Below, in pieces: positions 9,630 to 18,588 of a DNA stretch of 64,000 bases. Origin of the DNA: a virus (taxonomy: Duplodnaviria > Caudoviricetes); the IMG/VR virus record IMGVR_UViG_2595698339_000001, positions 1-64,000 of that record. One strand, 5' to 3'. A model generated the notes under the pieces. That model had not been told where the DNA came from and did no database searches. It was given only the letters and a program-made list of their open reading frames with translations. The translations under genes were made by a program, and so were the position numbers. Every line of letters begins with the position of its first letter. The stretch's first letter is position 1.

Positions 9630-10195
9630 TGACATTCGCCCAGCAGCTGGCCGACGCCTTCCCCGAAGATGCGGATGATGCTGCAACGGCCCTGTCCTGG
9701 GCGAAGTCTCAGGTCGAGGGTTACTGCGGCCGCAAGTTCGATCTGGTCGAGGACGACGTCGCCATCGTGGACCCGTACTGCGGGTCATCGCTCCTGCCCA
9801 GCATTCCGGTAGTCGAAATCTCCAAGGTTGAGGGCTACCTGCCTACGGGCAATGGGATGGACTGGGTGGAGCTGACCAACTACTGGTTCAAGCGCGACAC
9901 CGGCCTCATCTTCGACACGACCGGCCTCCCCGGCTCCGAGTGGAGCACCGGCCACACCTGGCCCTGGCTCCCCGGTTCGCTGCGGGTGACCTACACCCAC
10001 GGCTACAACCCGGTGCCGGATGAGCTGATCGACGTCGCCATTCGCCTCGCGCGCGAGTACCAGTCCAACCCGGAACTCTTGGTCTCCAAGCAGGTTGGCG
10101 AGATCGAACGCCGCTTCGGCAGTGTCGCTGGCACCTCGCTGTCCAAGGCTGACCAGGCCATTCTGGACCGCTACGTCATCGCCACCCTGGCTTAG
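9629..10195 (+). CDS. head-to-tail adaptor
   Basis: VEGYCGR, VTYTHGY, ILDRY motifs; position. Confidence 0.85.
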   Translation: MTFAQQLADAFPEDADDAATALSWAKSQVEGYCGRKFDLVEDDVAIVDPYCGSSLLPSIPVVEISKVEGYLPTGNGMDWVELTNYWFKRDTGLIFDTTGLPGSEWSTGHTWPWLPGSLRVTYTHGYNPVPDELIDVAIRLAREYQSNPELLVSKQVGEIERRFGSVAGTSLSKADQAILDRYVIATLA

Positions 10196-10209
10196 CTAGG
10201 AGGACCCCC

Positions 10210-10545
10210 ATGGAACGCATCGGTGAGGACACCGTCACCTTTGTCCAGATCGGCAAGGGCGCGAAGTCCGACCGCGGAATCCCGCAGGCGGTGGAGGAAT
10301 CCTCCACGGACGTCCAGTGGTGTTCCTTCCAGCCTCTCGGTGTCCACTACCACGTCACGGACGTCTCCCTGCCTGATGCCACTGACCGCTGCCTGGCGCC
10401 CCCGGTGCCCGCGGCCGTCGCGTGCAAGGCGGGAGACAAGCTCATCTTCCACGGTGTGTCACACCTGGTGCTGGGCGTCCGCGACCACTGGGACAAGGGC
10501 AAGCTCCATCACCTCACGGTGATCACCAAGAGGTGGGAGCAATGA
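10210..10545 (+). CDS. head-to-tail stopper
   Basis: Size and position; AGGAGG RBS. Confidence 0.7.
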   Translation: MERIGEDTVTFVQIGKGAKSDRGIPQAVEESSTDVQWCSFQPLGVHYHVTDVSLPDATDRCLAPPVPAAVACKAGDKLIFHGVSHLVLGVRDHWDKGKLHHLTVITKRWEQ

Positions 10546-10922
10546 AGGGTCTAGGGAACCTCATCTCGAAGGCTGACATCGCCGCCGCGATTGCGACCTC
10601 TCCCGCGGTTCACGCTGGCCTGATTGCGAAAGCTAAAGAGGTGCAAGAGTATTGGGTGGAGTACTGGAACTCCATTCCCCACCCGCACTCCCGCACCCAC
10701 ACGCTGAAGTCGGGCTACGTGGAGAACCCGGGCGACTACGCCAAGTCGATTCGCGTCTCCTTCATCAAGAGCAAGTCGGGCCTACCCAAGGCTCGTGTGA
10801 TGGCCACGGACTACAAGTCCTGGTGGATCGAATACGGCGCAAAACATATGCCGGAATTCGCACCGCGTGCGCACACACTGGCTCACTTTGAGGGAGGGGG
10901 TGCTACCACTGTCTCGGCCTAA
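10542..10922 (+). CDS. neck/tail completion protein (HK97 gp10-like)
   Basis: WIEYG motif; ATGA coupling. Confidence 0.65.
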   Translation: MKGLGNLISKADIAAAIATSPAVHAGLIAKAKEVQEYWVEYWNSIPHPHSRTHTLKSGYVENPGDYAKSIRVSFIKSKSGLPKARVMATDYKSWWIEYGAKHMPEFAPRAHTLAHFEGGGATTVSA

Positions 10923-11304
10923 CCCCAACGCAGAGAAGCTGGTCTGCGCCTACCTGTCGCCATTCTTCGAGAACGTTGCGTCACACCGATGGGTTGATGC
11001 CCCAACGCCTTTCATCCTCGTCAAGAGGCTGCCGGGTGGGGGACAGGGTGAGGTCTCCGACTGCGCCCTGATGTCAATCAAGGTGTTCGGCAAGGACGTT
11101 GATGAGGCTGGCGACCTGGCTGACGAAGTCCACGAGCGGATGCGCAAGTGGAAACCCAAAGACACCGTCTCCTACGGCGGGCACTCGTTCGGAATCAACC
11201 TCCTGGAAGTGGAAGACGCTCCCTTCTGGCTTGACTACGGCGACGACACAGAAGAGTGCTACACGGCCCGCTACTGGGTCCACCTTCGCGTGGATTACGT
11301 GTAG
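10900..11304 (+). CDS. tail terminator protein
   Basis: Position directly before major tail; VKRLPGG and YTARY motifs. Confidence 0.7.
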   Translation: MLPLSRPNPNAEKLVCAYLSPFFENVASHRWVDAPTPFILVKRLPGGGQGEVSDCALMSIKVFGKDVDEAGDLADEVHERMRKWKPKDTVSYGGHSFGINLLEVEDAPFWLDYGDDTEECYTARYWVHLRVDYV

Positions 11305-11330
11305 CCCCAACCGAATAAGGACAACTGAAT

Positions 11331-12305
11331 ATGAGTGAGTTGTGGACTGGGCTTTACCAGGGCAACGCGGATCGCATCCGCAAGTGGCTCTATGGCTCGG
11401 TGCTGATCCGCGACTGGAAGCCGGATGGCTCCACCAGCCTGGCGGACTTCACCCCGTTCGATCCCACTGACGGCAACCTGAAGGACACCCTCCTGAGCGA
11501 GGACTTCCCCGGTGGCCGCTTCTACGAGATCGGTGCCATCACCGAGGACGGCGTGGAATTCAACCCGAAGTTCTCGACGGACGACACCAAGATTTGGCAG
11601 TCGCGGCGCGCGCAGCGTACCGACGTCACCGAGGACGACGAAGAGGTCATGTTCACCGCCGCGGAGAACACCCCTCTGATCGACTACCTGCGGTACAACC
11701 TGCCGCTGGAGAACGTCCCCTCCGTGGGCACCGCTGGCTACAAGGCCACCAAGCCGAACTACACCGATATGGTCTACCGCCAGATCGTTGTCATCGGCGT
11801 TGACGGCCGCATGGACGAGGCCGAGTACGTGGCCGAGGTCCGCCCGCGCGTCTCGCTGACCAAGGTCGGCAAGCAGTCCTTCAAGGCGAAGGAAATCGAC
11901 GGCACGGAGCTGACCTTCGGCGTCTACCCGGACCCGGCGTCGGGCTTCCCCGCGCGCCGCATCCCCGGTGGCCCGTTCTGGGCTGAGTCGGGTGGCCCGG
12001 TGCTGTGGCCGACTCCCGAGGTCGCCCCTGTGGCAGTCCTCGATGAGGACGTCGTGACCATCGTGCTCCAGGAGCCGGTCTCGCCGAACACGCCCTTCAC
12101 CTACACCGTCTCGCAGACCTCGGGTGGCACCACCACCGCGGCGACGCTCGTCGGTGAGCCGGTGACGGACGAGGACGGCGAAGTGACGATCACCGTCGAG
12201 GCCCCGGCCACGAGCGGTTCGTACACCTTCAAGGTGACCGCGGAAGGCAGCAACGGCGAGACCGCCGAGTCGCAGGCTTCCAACTCCGTAACCGTAAACC
12301 CTTAG
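11331..12305 (+). CDS. major tail protein with C-terminal Ig/FN3-like extension
   Basis: IGAITEDG motif, YTFKVTA...SQASNSVT C-terminus, start-associated motif. Confidence 0.9.
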   Translation: MSELWTGLYQGNADRIRKWLYGSVLIRDWKPDGSTSLADFTPFDPTDGNLKDTLLSEDFPGGRFYEIGAITEDGVEFNPKFSTDDTKIWQSRRAQRTDVTEDDEEVMFTAAENTPLIDYLRYNLPLENVPSVGTAGYKATKPNYTDMVYRQIVVIGVDGRMDEAEYVAEVRPRVSLTKVGKQSFKAKEIDGTELTFGVYPDPASGFPARRIPGGPFWAESGGPVLWPTPEVAPVAVLDEDVVTIVLQEPVSPNTPFTYTVSQTSGGTTTAATLVGEPVTDEDGEVTITVEAPATSGSYTFKVTAEGSNGETAESQASNSVTVNP

Positions 12306-12308
12306 TGA

Positions 12309-12348
12309 CCGTGCCCGGGTCAAACACCTTCCCGGGCACGGCTCTCTT
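12309..12348 (+). terminator. hairpin after major tail gene
   Basis: Perfect 11-bp stem ccgtgcccggg/cccgggcacgg followed by ctctctt. Confidence 0.6.
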
Positions 12349-12364
12349 CCCAGGAGGTGCCTAG

Positions 12365-12838
12365 ATGGCATACACGCCCAAGACGTGGGCTGACGGCGTG
12401 GATGGGGGCACCCCCATCACCGCCGCGGAGCTCAACCGTATGGAGGCTGGCATCGAGGGTGCCACTGAGACGGCTGAGGACCACACCCATACCGCCAGCG
12501 AGATCAGCGATGCCACCTCGGTGGGTCGCTCCGTTCTCACGGCGACCGACGCAGCTACAGCACGTACGGCCATTGGCGCCGGTACGTCCAGCCTGCAGCT
12601 GGGTACGTCGGGCACTACGGCCGCTGCGGGTGACCACACCCACACCGGCTTCGTGCCGACCAGCCGCACTGTCAACGGAAAGGCCCTGAGCGGCAACGTC
12701 ACGCTGACCGGCGCTGACGTCGCGCTCACCGGCTACACCGCTGGCACCGCGGACAACGTGGCCGCGACTGACACTGTCATCGCCGCCATCGCCAAGCTGG
12801 AAGCTCGCATCGCCGAGCTCGAAGCCGCCGCTGTCTAG
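12365..12838 (+). CDS. small fiber-like virion protein
   Basis: YTPKTW..TPITAAELNRME N-terminus, HTH fiber repeats, C-terminal coiled coil. Confidence 0.7.
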   Translation: MAYTPKTWADGVDGGTPITAAELNRMEAGIEGATETAEDHTHTASEISDATSVGRSVLTATDAATARTAIGAGTSSLQLGTSGTTAAAGDHTHTGFVPTSRTVNGKALSGNVTLTGADVALTGYTAGTADNVAATDTVIAAIAKLEARIAELEAAAV

Positions 12839-12857
12839 TACAGCGCATTCCGTTAAC

Positions 12858-12914
12858 ACCCGCCCCGCTGCCCGCCACCGCCCTTCGTGGCACGGCGGGT
12901 ACGGGCGGGTTTTA
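12858..12914 (+). terminator. long GC hairpin with U-tract
   Basis: acccgccc...gggcgggt followed by ttt. Confidence 0.65.
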
Positions 12915-12958
12915 TCAACTCTCGCAACACAATTCAAACTTTCAAGGGGAACAACACC

Positions 12959-13420
12959 ATGGCAGCTTCCAAGAAGCAGAAGCGCGACCGCCGCGTCAAG
13001 CTCGCCGAATTCCGCGTCCAGGCCATCGAGTCCGAGGGCGCCCTGTCGAGCCTGGAGATCGAGGCCGACAACGGCGAAGTCTTCGTCATCCCGCATCCGC
13101 TGATGCTCAACGACGAGGAGCAGGAACGCATCGAGAAGCACAACCGCGGCGACGGCCTGGACCGTGAGCAGCTGTTCGATGAGAACGGCGAGCCGATGAA
13201 GGACCTCGCGGGCAATCCGATGACCCGGATCGTGGAGCCGCACAAGATCAACGGCGTGGAGTGCCCTCCCGCCGTGGTTCGCTCCGCCATCGCCATCATG
13301 GGCGAAGAGACGTACGCGCGCTTCAAGGCCGCGGGCGGCCACGCCAATGACGTCCAGCTCGCGTGGAACTACCTGGTAGCCACCATCAAGGAGCGCGAGG
13401 AAGAGGACCCAAACTCCTAG
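12959..13420 (+). CDS. tail assembly chaperone (G)
   Basis: Upstream of tape measure; slippery heptamer near the end. Confidence 0.9.
   Translation: MAASKKQKRDRRVKLAEFRVQAIESEGALSSLEIEADNGEVFVIPHPLMLNDEEQERIEKHNRGDGLDREQLFDENGEPMKDLAGNPMTRIVEPHKINGVECPPAVVRSAIAIMGEETYARFKAAGGHANDVQLAWNYLVATIKEREEEDPNS
13408..13414 (+). other. -1 programmed frameshift site C CCA AAC
   Basis: X XXY YYZ heptamer in frame; the -1 frame is open to 13830. Confidence 0.8.
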
Positions 13421-13830
13421 AGGCGGTTCGACTCCTTCGGGAGTACGCCGCCGAGATTGAGGTCGACCTCGCCCTCAAGAACATCGACATCTTCGACTGG
13501 TACAACTTCACCAAGCGCAAGGACGGCGCCCCCAAGCTGTCGTCCCGGCGCTTGCTCAACATCGTGTACGGGGGACTGGACGATAAGTCCGTCACCAAGA
13601 CCGCGATGCGTGAAGGCGACTGGTCCCCGGATGAGTACGCACAGGCCGCCACGGTCAACGAGTTGCGTCTACTCCGTGCCGATCAGGCCGCCATCAGTGG
13701 TCGATCCTTCGATGTCAACCTGATGAAGTCCCCCGCCCAACTCAAGGCGGAGATGGAAGAGAGTCAGGTCAAATCCCGCATCCAAGAGCGGATTTCAAAA
13801 CAACTGAATAAAGGACGGCGTAGTGGCTGA
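13408..13830 (+). CDS. tail assembly chaperone frameshift extension (GT)
   Basis: -1 frame ORF with LSSRRLL motif. Confidence 0.85.
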   Translation, partial: PKLLEAVRLLREYAAEIEVDLALKNIDIFDWYNFTKRKDGAPKLSSRRLLNIVYGGLDDKSVTKTAMREGDWSPDEYAQAATVNELRLLRADQAAISGRSFDVNLMKSPAQLKAEMEESQVKSRIQERISKQLNKGRRSG

Positions 13831-16800
13831 AAAGGGAATCTTCCTTGACATCCTGCCTCGGTTCGACATGGCAGCGACGTCCGCCCTTCTGCAGAAGGTG
13901 CAGGGCATCTTCGGCAAGGCGGGCAAGGAAGTCGGTGTCAAGTTCGGCACCGAAGCAGAAACGGCGCTACGCCGCTACCAGGCTGAGCTGACGCGGGCTG
14001 AGAACCGCGCATCGCAGTCCTACTACCGCATGCGCAAGGCGCAGGGTGAGCTTCAGGTCGCCGAGGCGCGGGCCAATGAGCTGCGCGCCAAGAACATCGA
14101 GGCCACCTCCGCCCGCATGATCGCCGCGGAGAACCGCATCGCCGACGCCAAGCGCAAGCAGGCGGCCGAGGCGAAAATCTACGCCGCCCGCGAGGCGGAG
14201 GCGAACGCCGCGCGCGCCGCCTCCGCCGAGCAGGGCGCGCTGGTGGCCGGTGCTGGCGCGAGCAAGGTGAAGTCGATCCTCAACGGGGTCGGCATCGCCG
14301 CCACCGCCACCACGGCCGCAGTCGCCTTCGGCACCGGCAAGCTGGCTGGCGAGTTCGAGTCGACGGGTGAGCGCATCAAGGTCGCCACCCGTATGCCGAT
14401 AGAGGAGCTCAAGAAGCTCCAGGACGGCCTGCTTCAGCTCGGCCCCACGGTGGGTTACACCGCCTCGGAGTTGCAGGAAGCCTCGTACACGGTCTCGAAG
14501 GCCGGTTTCCGTGACGCCGCGGACGCCCTGGCCATCTTGAAGGCTGGCGCCCAGCTGGCCCGTACCGAGGGCGTGGGCCTGGAAGAGGCCATGAACGGTC
14601 TGACCACCACCCTGGTCGACTTCCACATCCCCGCCTCGCAGGTCGCCGACGTCGCCTCGCAGTTCCAGTACGCCTTCGGTAACGCCAAGGCGCCCATCGA
14701 CCAGCTCATGGGCTCTCTGCACAACATCGAGCCGGTGATGAAGACCTTCGCTGGCGACTCGGGAGACCCCAAGTCGTTCGTCGCGCAGGTCGGCACCATG
14801 CTCGCGCAGATGACCCAGACGGGTGCGTCTGCTGACCAGTCGTCGCAGAACATCCGAAACATGTTGCTGCACTTGGTGTCTGCCAACGGCCCGCAGCGTG
14901 AAATCGCCGGTCTGCTCGGTGTCGACATGGACGCGCTGTCCAAGCAGCTGAAGGACCCCAACGTCGGCCCGCTGGGCGTCATGAAGCAGATCAACGACGC
15001 CATCAAGAAGGACATGGGACCTGACGGCAACGTCATCCTCCCGGCCATGTACGAGAGTTCCCAGCTCGCGGAAAACATGGCGTTCACCTACCAGCAGCTA
15101 ACCGCCGAGGGTAAGGCGTTCGCCGACGCCATCCAGAACGGCACCCTGTCCGCCAAGGACATGAAGAACCTACGTCTTCAGGAGAAGCTAGAACCAGCCC
15201 TCAAGGACTGGGATGCGATGCACCAGAAGATCAACAGCATCAACCCCATCCTGAAGAAGAACCAGGATCAGGTCCAGACCTACGCCTCGCTCGTCAAGAA
15301 GATCACCGGCACCGACCAGGGCATGACCGTGTTCTCGTCACTGTTCGGCGACGACAAGACGACCGCGAAGACGATGGAGCTCTGGAAGACCGCGCGCGAG
15401 GCTCACGCAGACGCCAACGGCGACGTCGAGCACGCCTCGGAGGTCATGGACACCTACCGGGCGAAGTTGGACGCCACGCACTCTGCGATGCACTCCTTGG
15501 GTATCCAGATGGGCGAGACCTTCCTGCCTTACATCAAGGGCATGGCTGACGGCCTCCGCAACGTCGCACAGTGGCTCGGTGAGCACCAGACCCTGACGAA
15601 GGCTCTCATCACGACTGTGGGGAGCCTGGCGGCCGCGTGGGTCACCGTGAAGATCGCCGTGGCCGCGGTCAAGACTGTCGAGGCCATCGCTGGCGCCGTC
15701 TCGTTCATTCGGGGTGTCGCCATCCCCGCGGTCCAGATGCTGGCCTCCGCGTATCTGGGCATCGTCCCGGCTGCTGGCAAGGGCGCCGCCGCTGTCACCG
15801 CATCCGCCGCGACGCAGACTGCCGCCCTCGGTGGCGTCACCACCGCGGCGCGCACAGCCGCCACGGCTGTGTCGGGTATCGGCTTCGCGGCCCTGGCGGC
15901 CATCCCGTCGCTCATCGCGCTGTCCTCGGCCATCTTCATGGCGGAGCAGGCCAAGCAGAACGGCCACGCCTTCGGCGGAAATCCCAACGACCCGAACAAG
16001 CACCGCGAGTACACGGTGGACCAGGCGCAGGGCTACCAGCTCCCCGAGGGCATCCCCGCGGCCGGATCGACGGAAGCCGAGCAGGCCATCTCCGCTGCGG
16101 CGGTGGGTGGCGACGAGGGCGCCAAGTGGGTTGCCTCGGCCACCTCCAAGGGTGACCAGGCCATGCGCTACGGCTGGCTGATGACCCATGGTGGTCTCGG
16201 CGTGGTGGCGTTCCAGCCCCCCACGGACTACTCGGCGCCGCGCCCCGGCAACTGGAACTCCCAGATGGCGGGTGGCGGCAACGGTCCCCACGGCGGCCGT
16301 GGTATGCAGCTTGCCGACGAGCGCTACAAGCCCCCGGCGTCCCCGGTCGACCTGCAACTGCAGGCCGCGATGGAGGCGGCGGGCATCAGCCCGGACACCC
16401 TCGAGGGTCTCACTGGTGCTGGCGACGGCGCTCCGAGTACCGGCCTGTTCCCGGGTATGACGGGCGGTGGCAGCGATGGCACCGTCAAGCTGCCTGACGC
16501 TCCGGTCCTGCCTGTCGACACGTCGGTGCCTGGCGGCATCCCCGGCATGCCCGAGGACCCCTCGGTGTACTCCGCGGAGTCGAGCTACATCAACGACCGG
16601 CACAAGCTGGCCGAGAAGCGTGCTCGCGTAACGCAATTGGAGCAGTCGGGTGTCGCCACCGAGGATGACATCCAGAAGGCCAAGAACGAAGCGCTCGACG
16701 CTGAGCGTGACTTCCACCAGGCTGAGCTGCGCCTCAACGAGGCCCGCAAGGACCAGTACGAGAAGTTCACCAAGGACGCGCAGAAGTTCGGCAAGGACTT

Positions 16801-18559
16801 CGACCTCGACAAGAGCACCAACGGTGCCGGTGGTTTCTGGGCTCAGATGGGCCAGAAGATCGCGGGCGCGTTCTCCGAAATCCTGTTCGGCGGCCTGCTT
16901 GGTCCACTGATCAAGTCCAAGTTCGCCGAGCTTGACGATCAGAACGTGCCGTACTTCGGCATGAACATGAACGGCGGCTACCGCGGCGGATATGGCGGCG
17001 GATACCTCCCGTACCTCAACTACGGCGGATACCCCGGCGATGACGCGCTCCTGTCGCGCGTGCCCGCGGGTAAGTACACACAGGAGCAGCGCGGCGACCT
17101 CACCCAAGGTCTCGCCGACTGCTCCAGCGCTGTCGAGGATCTCGTCAACATCATGGACGGTCGACCCACGGGTGGCGCCAACATGTGGACAGGCAACGCG
17201 GACCAGTGGCTCACTGAGCACGGCTTCGTCAAGGGTATGGGCGGCCCCGGTGATTTCCGGGTCGGCTTCAACTCCAGTCACATGCAGGCCACGCTGCCTG
17301 GCGGCACGCCGTTCAACTGGGGTAGCGATGCTGCCGCGGCTCGCCGCGGTATCGGCGGCACGGGCGCGGACGATCCCGCGTTCACATCGCACTACTACCG
17401 GCCCGCGGGCGGAACCATCCCGCTCTCACCCGCAGCCCCCGACTACGCCTCGACGGTTCGCCAGTCGACGGCCGCGGTCAAGGAGCACAACACCGAGGTT
17501 GCCAAGGGTCAGGAGCAGGGCGAGAACCTCATGGAGGTTCCGCAGCCCACGCAGGCCGACATCAACGCGGCGGCCGCGCAAGGCACCGGCCTCACCAACC
17601 CGGGCGCCCCGGCGTTCACTCTGGAAGACCTCCAGAAGGAGTTTGCTGGCGGCGGCGGTGGCGAGGGTCCGATCTTCAAGCGGTCCCCGCAGGTGAGTGC
17701 CGAGGGCGGCACTGGTGGGCCACCGCAGCCCATGCGGCCACTCCCGCTGATCACGCACACGCCTGACGCCACGGGCCAGTACGGCTCGGGCAATGCCTCA
17801 CGTCAGCGCCGCGGTCTTCCGATTGTCCCGCCCGCGGGCATGGGCATCGGCATCCCCGGCATCGGCACCCCCGGCCAGGCACCGGGTCAGGTCGGCCCGT
17901 TCCCCACGCCCAACGGAATCAACGGTCCTACTCTCCCTGGCGGTCCTGGAGCGCCTCCTGGCGCACCCCCGGGTGTACCGGGCGGGCAGACTCCGAAACC
18001 GCCTCCAGGAGCTTCAGGAGCGGCAACTCCGGGCGCGGCACGGCCGCAGTCCTCGACTGGCGGTCAGCAGCCTTCCGGTTCGTCCGGTGGCGGTGGCGGT
18101 CTCGGGTTCACCCCCGGTGGCGCCATCGACATGGCAGGCCAGGCGGCGGCCGCGGCGGCAAACGCCTTCGCACCCGGATCGGGCATCGCTGTCCAGAAGG
18201 GCATGGAGGTCGCCAACCGGGCCATGAAGTTCGGTGGCCAGCTGATCGGTATCGGCGCCGAGGGTCTCATGGAGACCTTCCTGCTGAACGACTCACCGCT
18301 AGCGGACCCGTCCAAGTCGTGGTTCGGCAAGGTCGCCATGGGTATCGGCAACATCAAGCCCGCGGGGGAGAACACCGCTGGCAAGACGACGCCACCCCTG
18401 AAGCCCGAGGAGAACCCTCAGCAGCATCAGGGCAACGGGCAGCCGCCTGGACCTCTCGTCAACATCGAGCAGCAGAACATCGCCAAGGGCGACGGCGGCG
18501 AGGCCGCGCGTGACACCGCACGCACGTTCAACCAGTACCAGGGAGGGGGAGCCCGATAA
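13823..18559 (+). CDS. tape measure protein
   Basis: 1578 aa, Ala/Gly-rich, TM segments, follows the chaperones. Confidence 0.96.
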   Translation: MAEKGIFLDILPRFDMAATSALLQKVQGIFGKAGKEVGVKFGTEAETALRRYQAELTRAENRASQSYYRMRKAQGELQVAEARANELRAKNIEATSARMIAAENRIADAKRKQAAEAKIYAAREAEANAARAASAEQGALVAGAGASKVKSILNGVGIAATATTAAVAFGTGKLAGEFESTGERIKVATRMPIEELKKLQDGLLQLGPTVGYTASELQEASYTVSKAGFRDAADALAILKAGAQLARTEGVGLEEAMNGLTTTLVDFHIPASQVADVASQFQYAFGNAKAPIDQLMGSLHNIEPVMKTFAGDSGDPKSFVAQVGTMLAQMTQTGASADQSSQNIRNMLLHLVSANGPQREIAGLLGVDMDALSKQLKDPNVGPLGVMKQINDAIKKDMGPDGNVILPAMYESSQLAENMAFTYQQLTAEGKAFADAIQNGTLSAKDMKNLRLQEKLEPALKDWDAMHQKINSINPILKKNQDQVQTYASLVKKITGTDQGMTVFSSLFGDDKTTAKTMELWKTAREAHADANGDVEHASEVMDTYRAKLDATHSAMHSLGIQMGETFLPYIKGMADGLRNVAQWLGEHQTLTKALITTVGSLAAAWVTVKIAVAAVKTVEAIAGAVSFIRGVAIPAVQMLASAYLGIVPAAGKGAAAVTASAATQTAALGGVTTAARTAATAVSGIGFAALAAIPSLIALSSAIFMAEQAKQNGHAFGGNPNDPNKHREYTVDQAQGYQLPEGIPAAGSTEAEQAISAAAVGGDEGAKWVASATSKGDQAMRYGWLMTHGGLGVVAFQPPTDYSAPRPGNWNSQMAGGGNGPHGGRGMQLADERYKPPASPVDLQLQAAMEAAGISPDTLEGLTGAGDGAPSTGLFPGMTGGGSDGTVKLPDAPVLPVDTSVPGGIPGMPEDPSVYSAESSYINDRHKLAEKRARVTQLEQSGVATEDDIQKAKNEALDAERDFHQAELRLNEARKDQYEKFTKDAQKFGKDFDLDKSTNGAGGFWAQMGQKIAGAFSEILFGGLLGPLIKSKFAELDDQNVPYFGMNMNGGYRGGYGGGYLPYLNYGGYPGDDALLSRVPAGKYTQEQRGDLTQGLADCSSAVEDLVNIMDGRPTGGANMWTGNADQWLTEHGFVKGMGGPGDFRVGFNSSHMQATLPGGTPFNWGSDAAAARRGIGGTGADDPAFTSHYYRPAGGTIPLSPAAPDYASTVRQSTAAVKEHNTEVAKGQEQGENLMEVPQPTQADINAAAAQGTGLTNPGAPAFTLEDLQKEFAGGGGGEGPIFKRSPQVSAEGGTGGPPQPMRPLPLITHTPDATGQYGSGNASRQRRGLPIVPPAGMGIGIPGIGTPGQAPGQVGPFPTPNGINGPTLPGGPGAPPGAPPGVPGGQTPKPPPGASGAATPGAARPQSSTGGQQPSGSSGGGGGLGFTPGGAIDMAGQAAAAAANAFAPGSGIAVQKGMEVANRAMKFGGQLIGIGAEGLMETFLLNDSPLADPSKSWFGKVAMGIGNIKPAGENTAGKTTPPLKPEENPQQHQGNGQPPGPLVNIEQQNIAKGDGGEAARDTARTFNQYQGGGAR

Positions 18560-18588
18560 CCACCCATCCCGAGGGTGAAGTCAGCCTC

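Noticed and set aside
15338-17392. Very long antisense ORFs (also 7801..9345, 18427..20085, 30253..31353)
   Set aside because: Shadow frames produced by high-GC codon bias opposite clearly real genes
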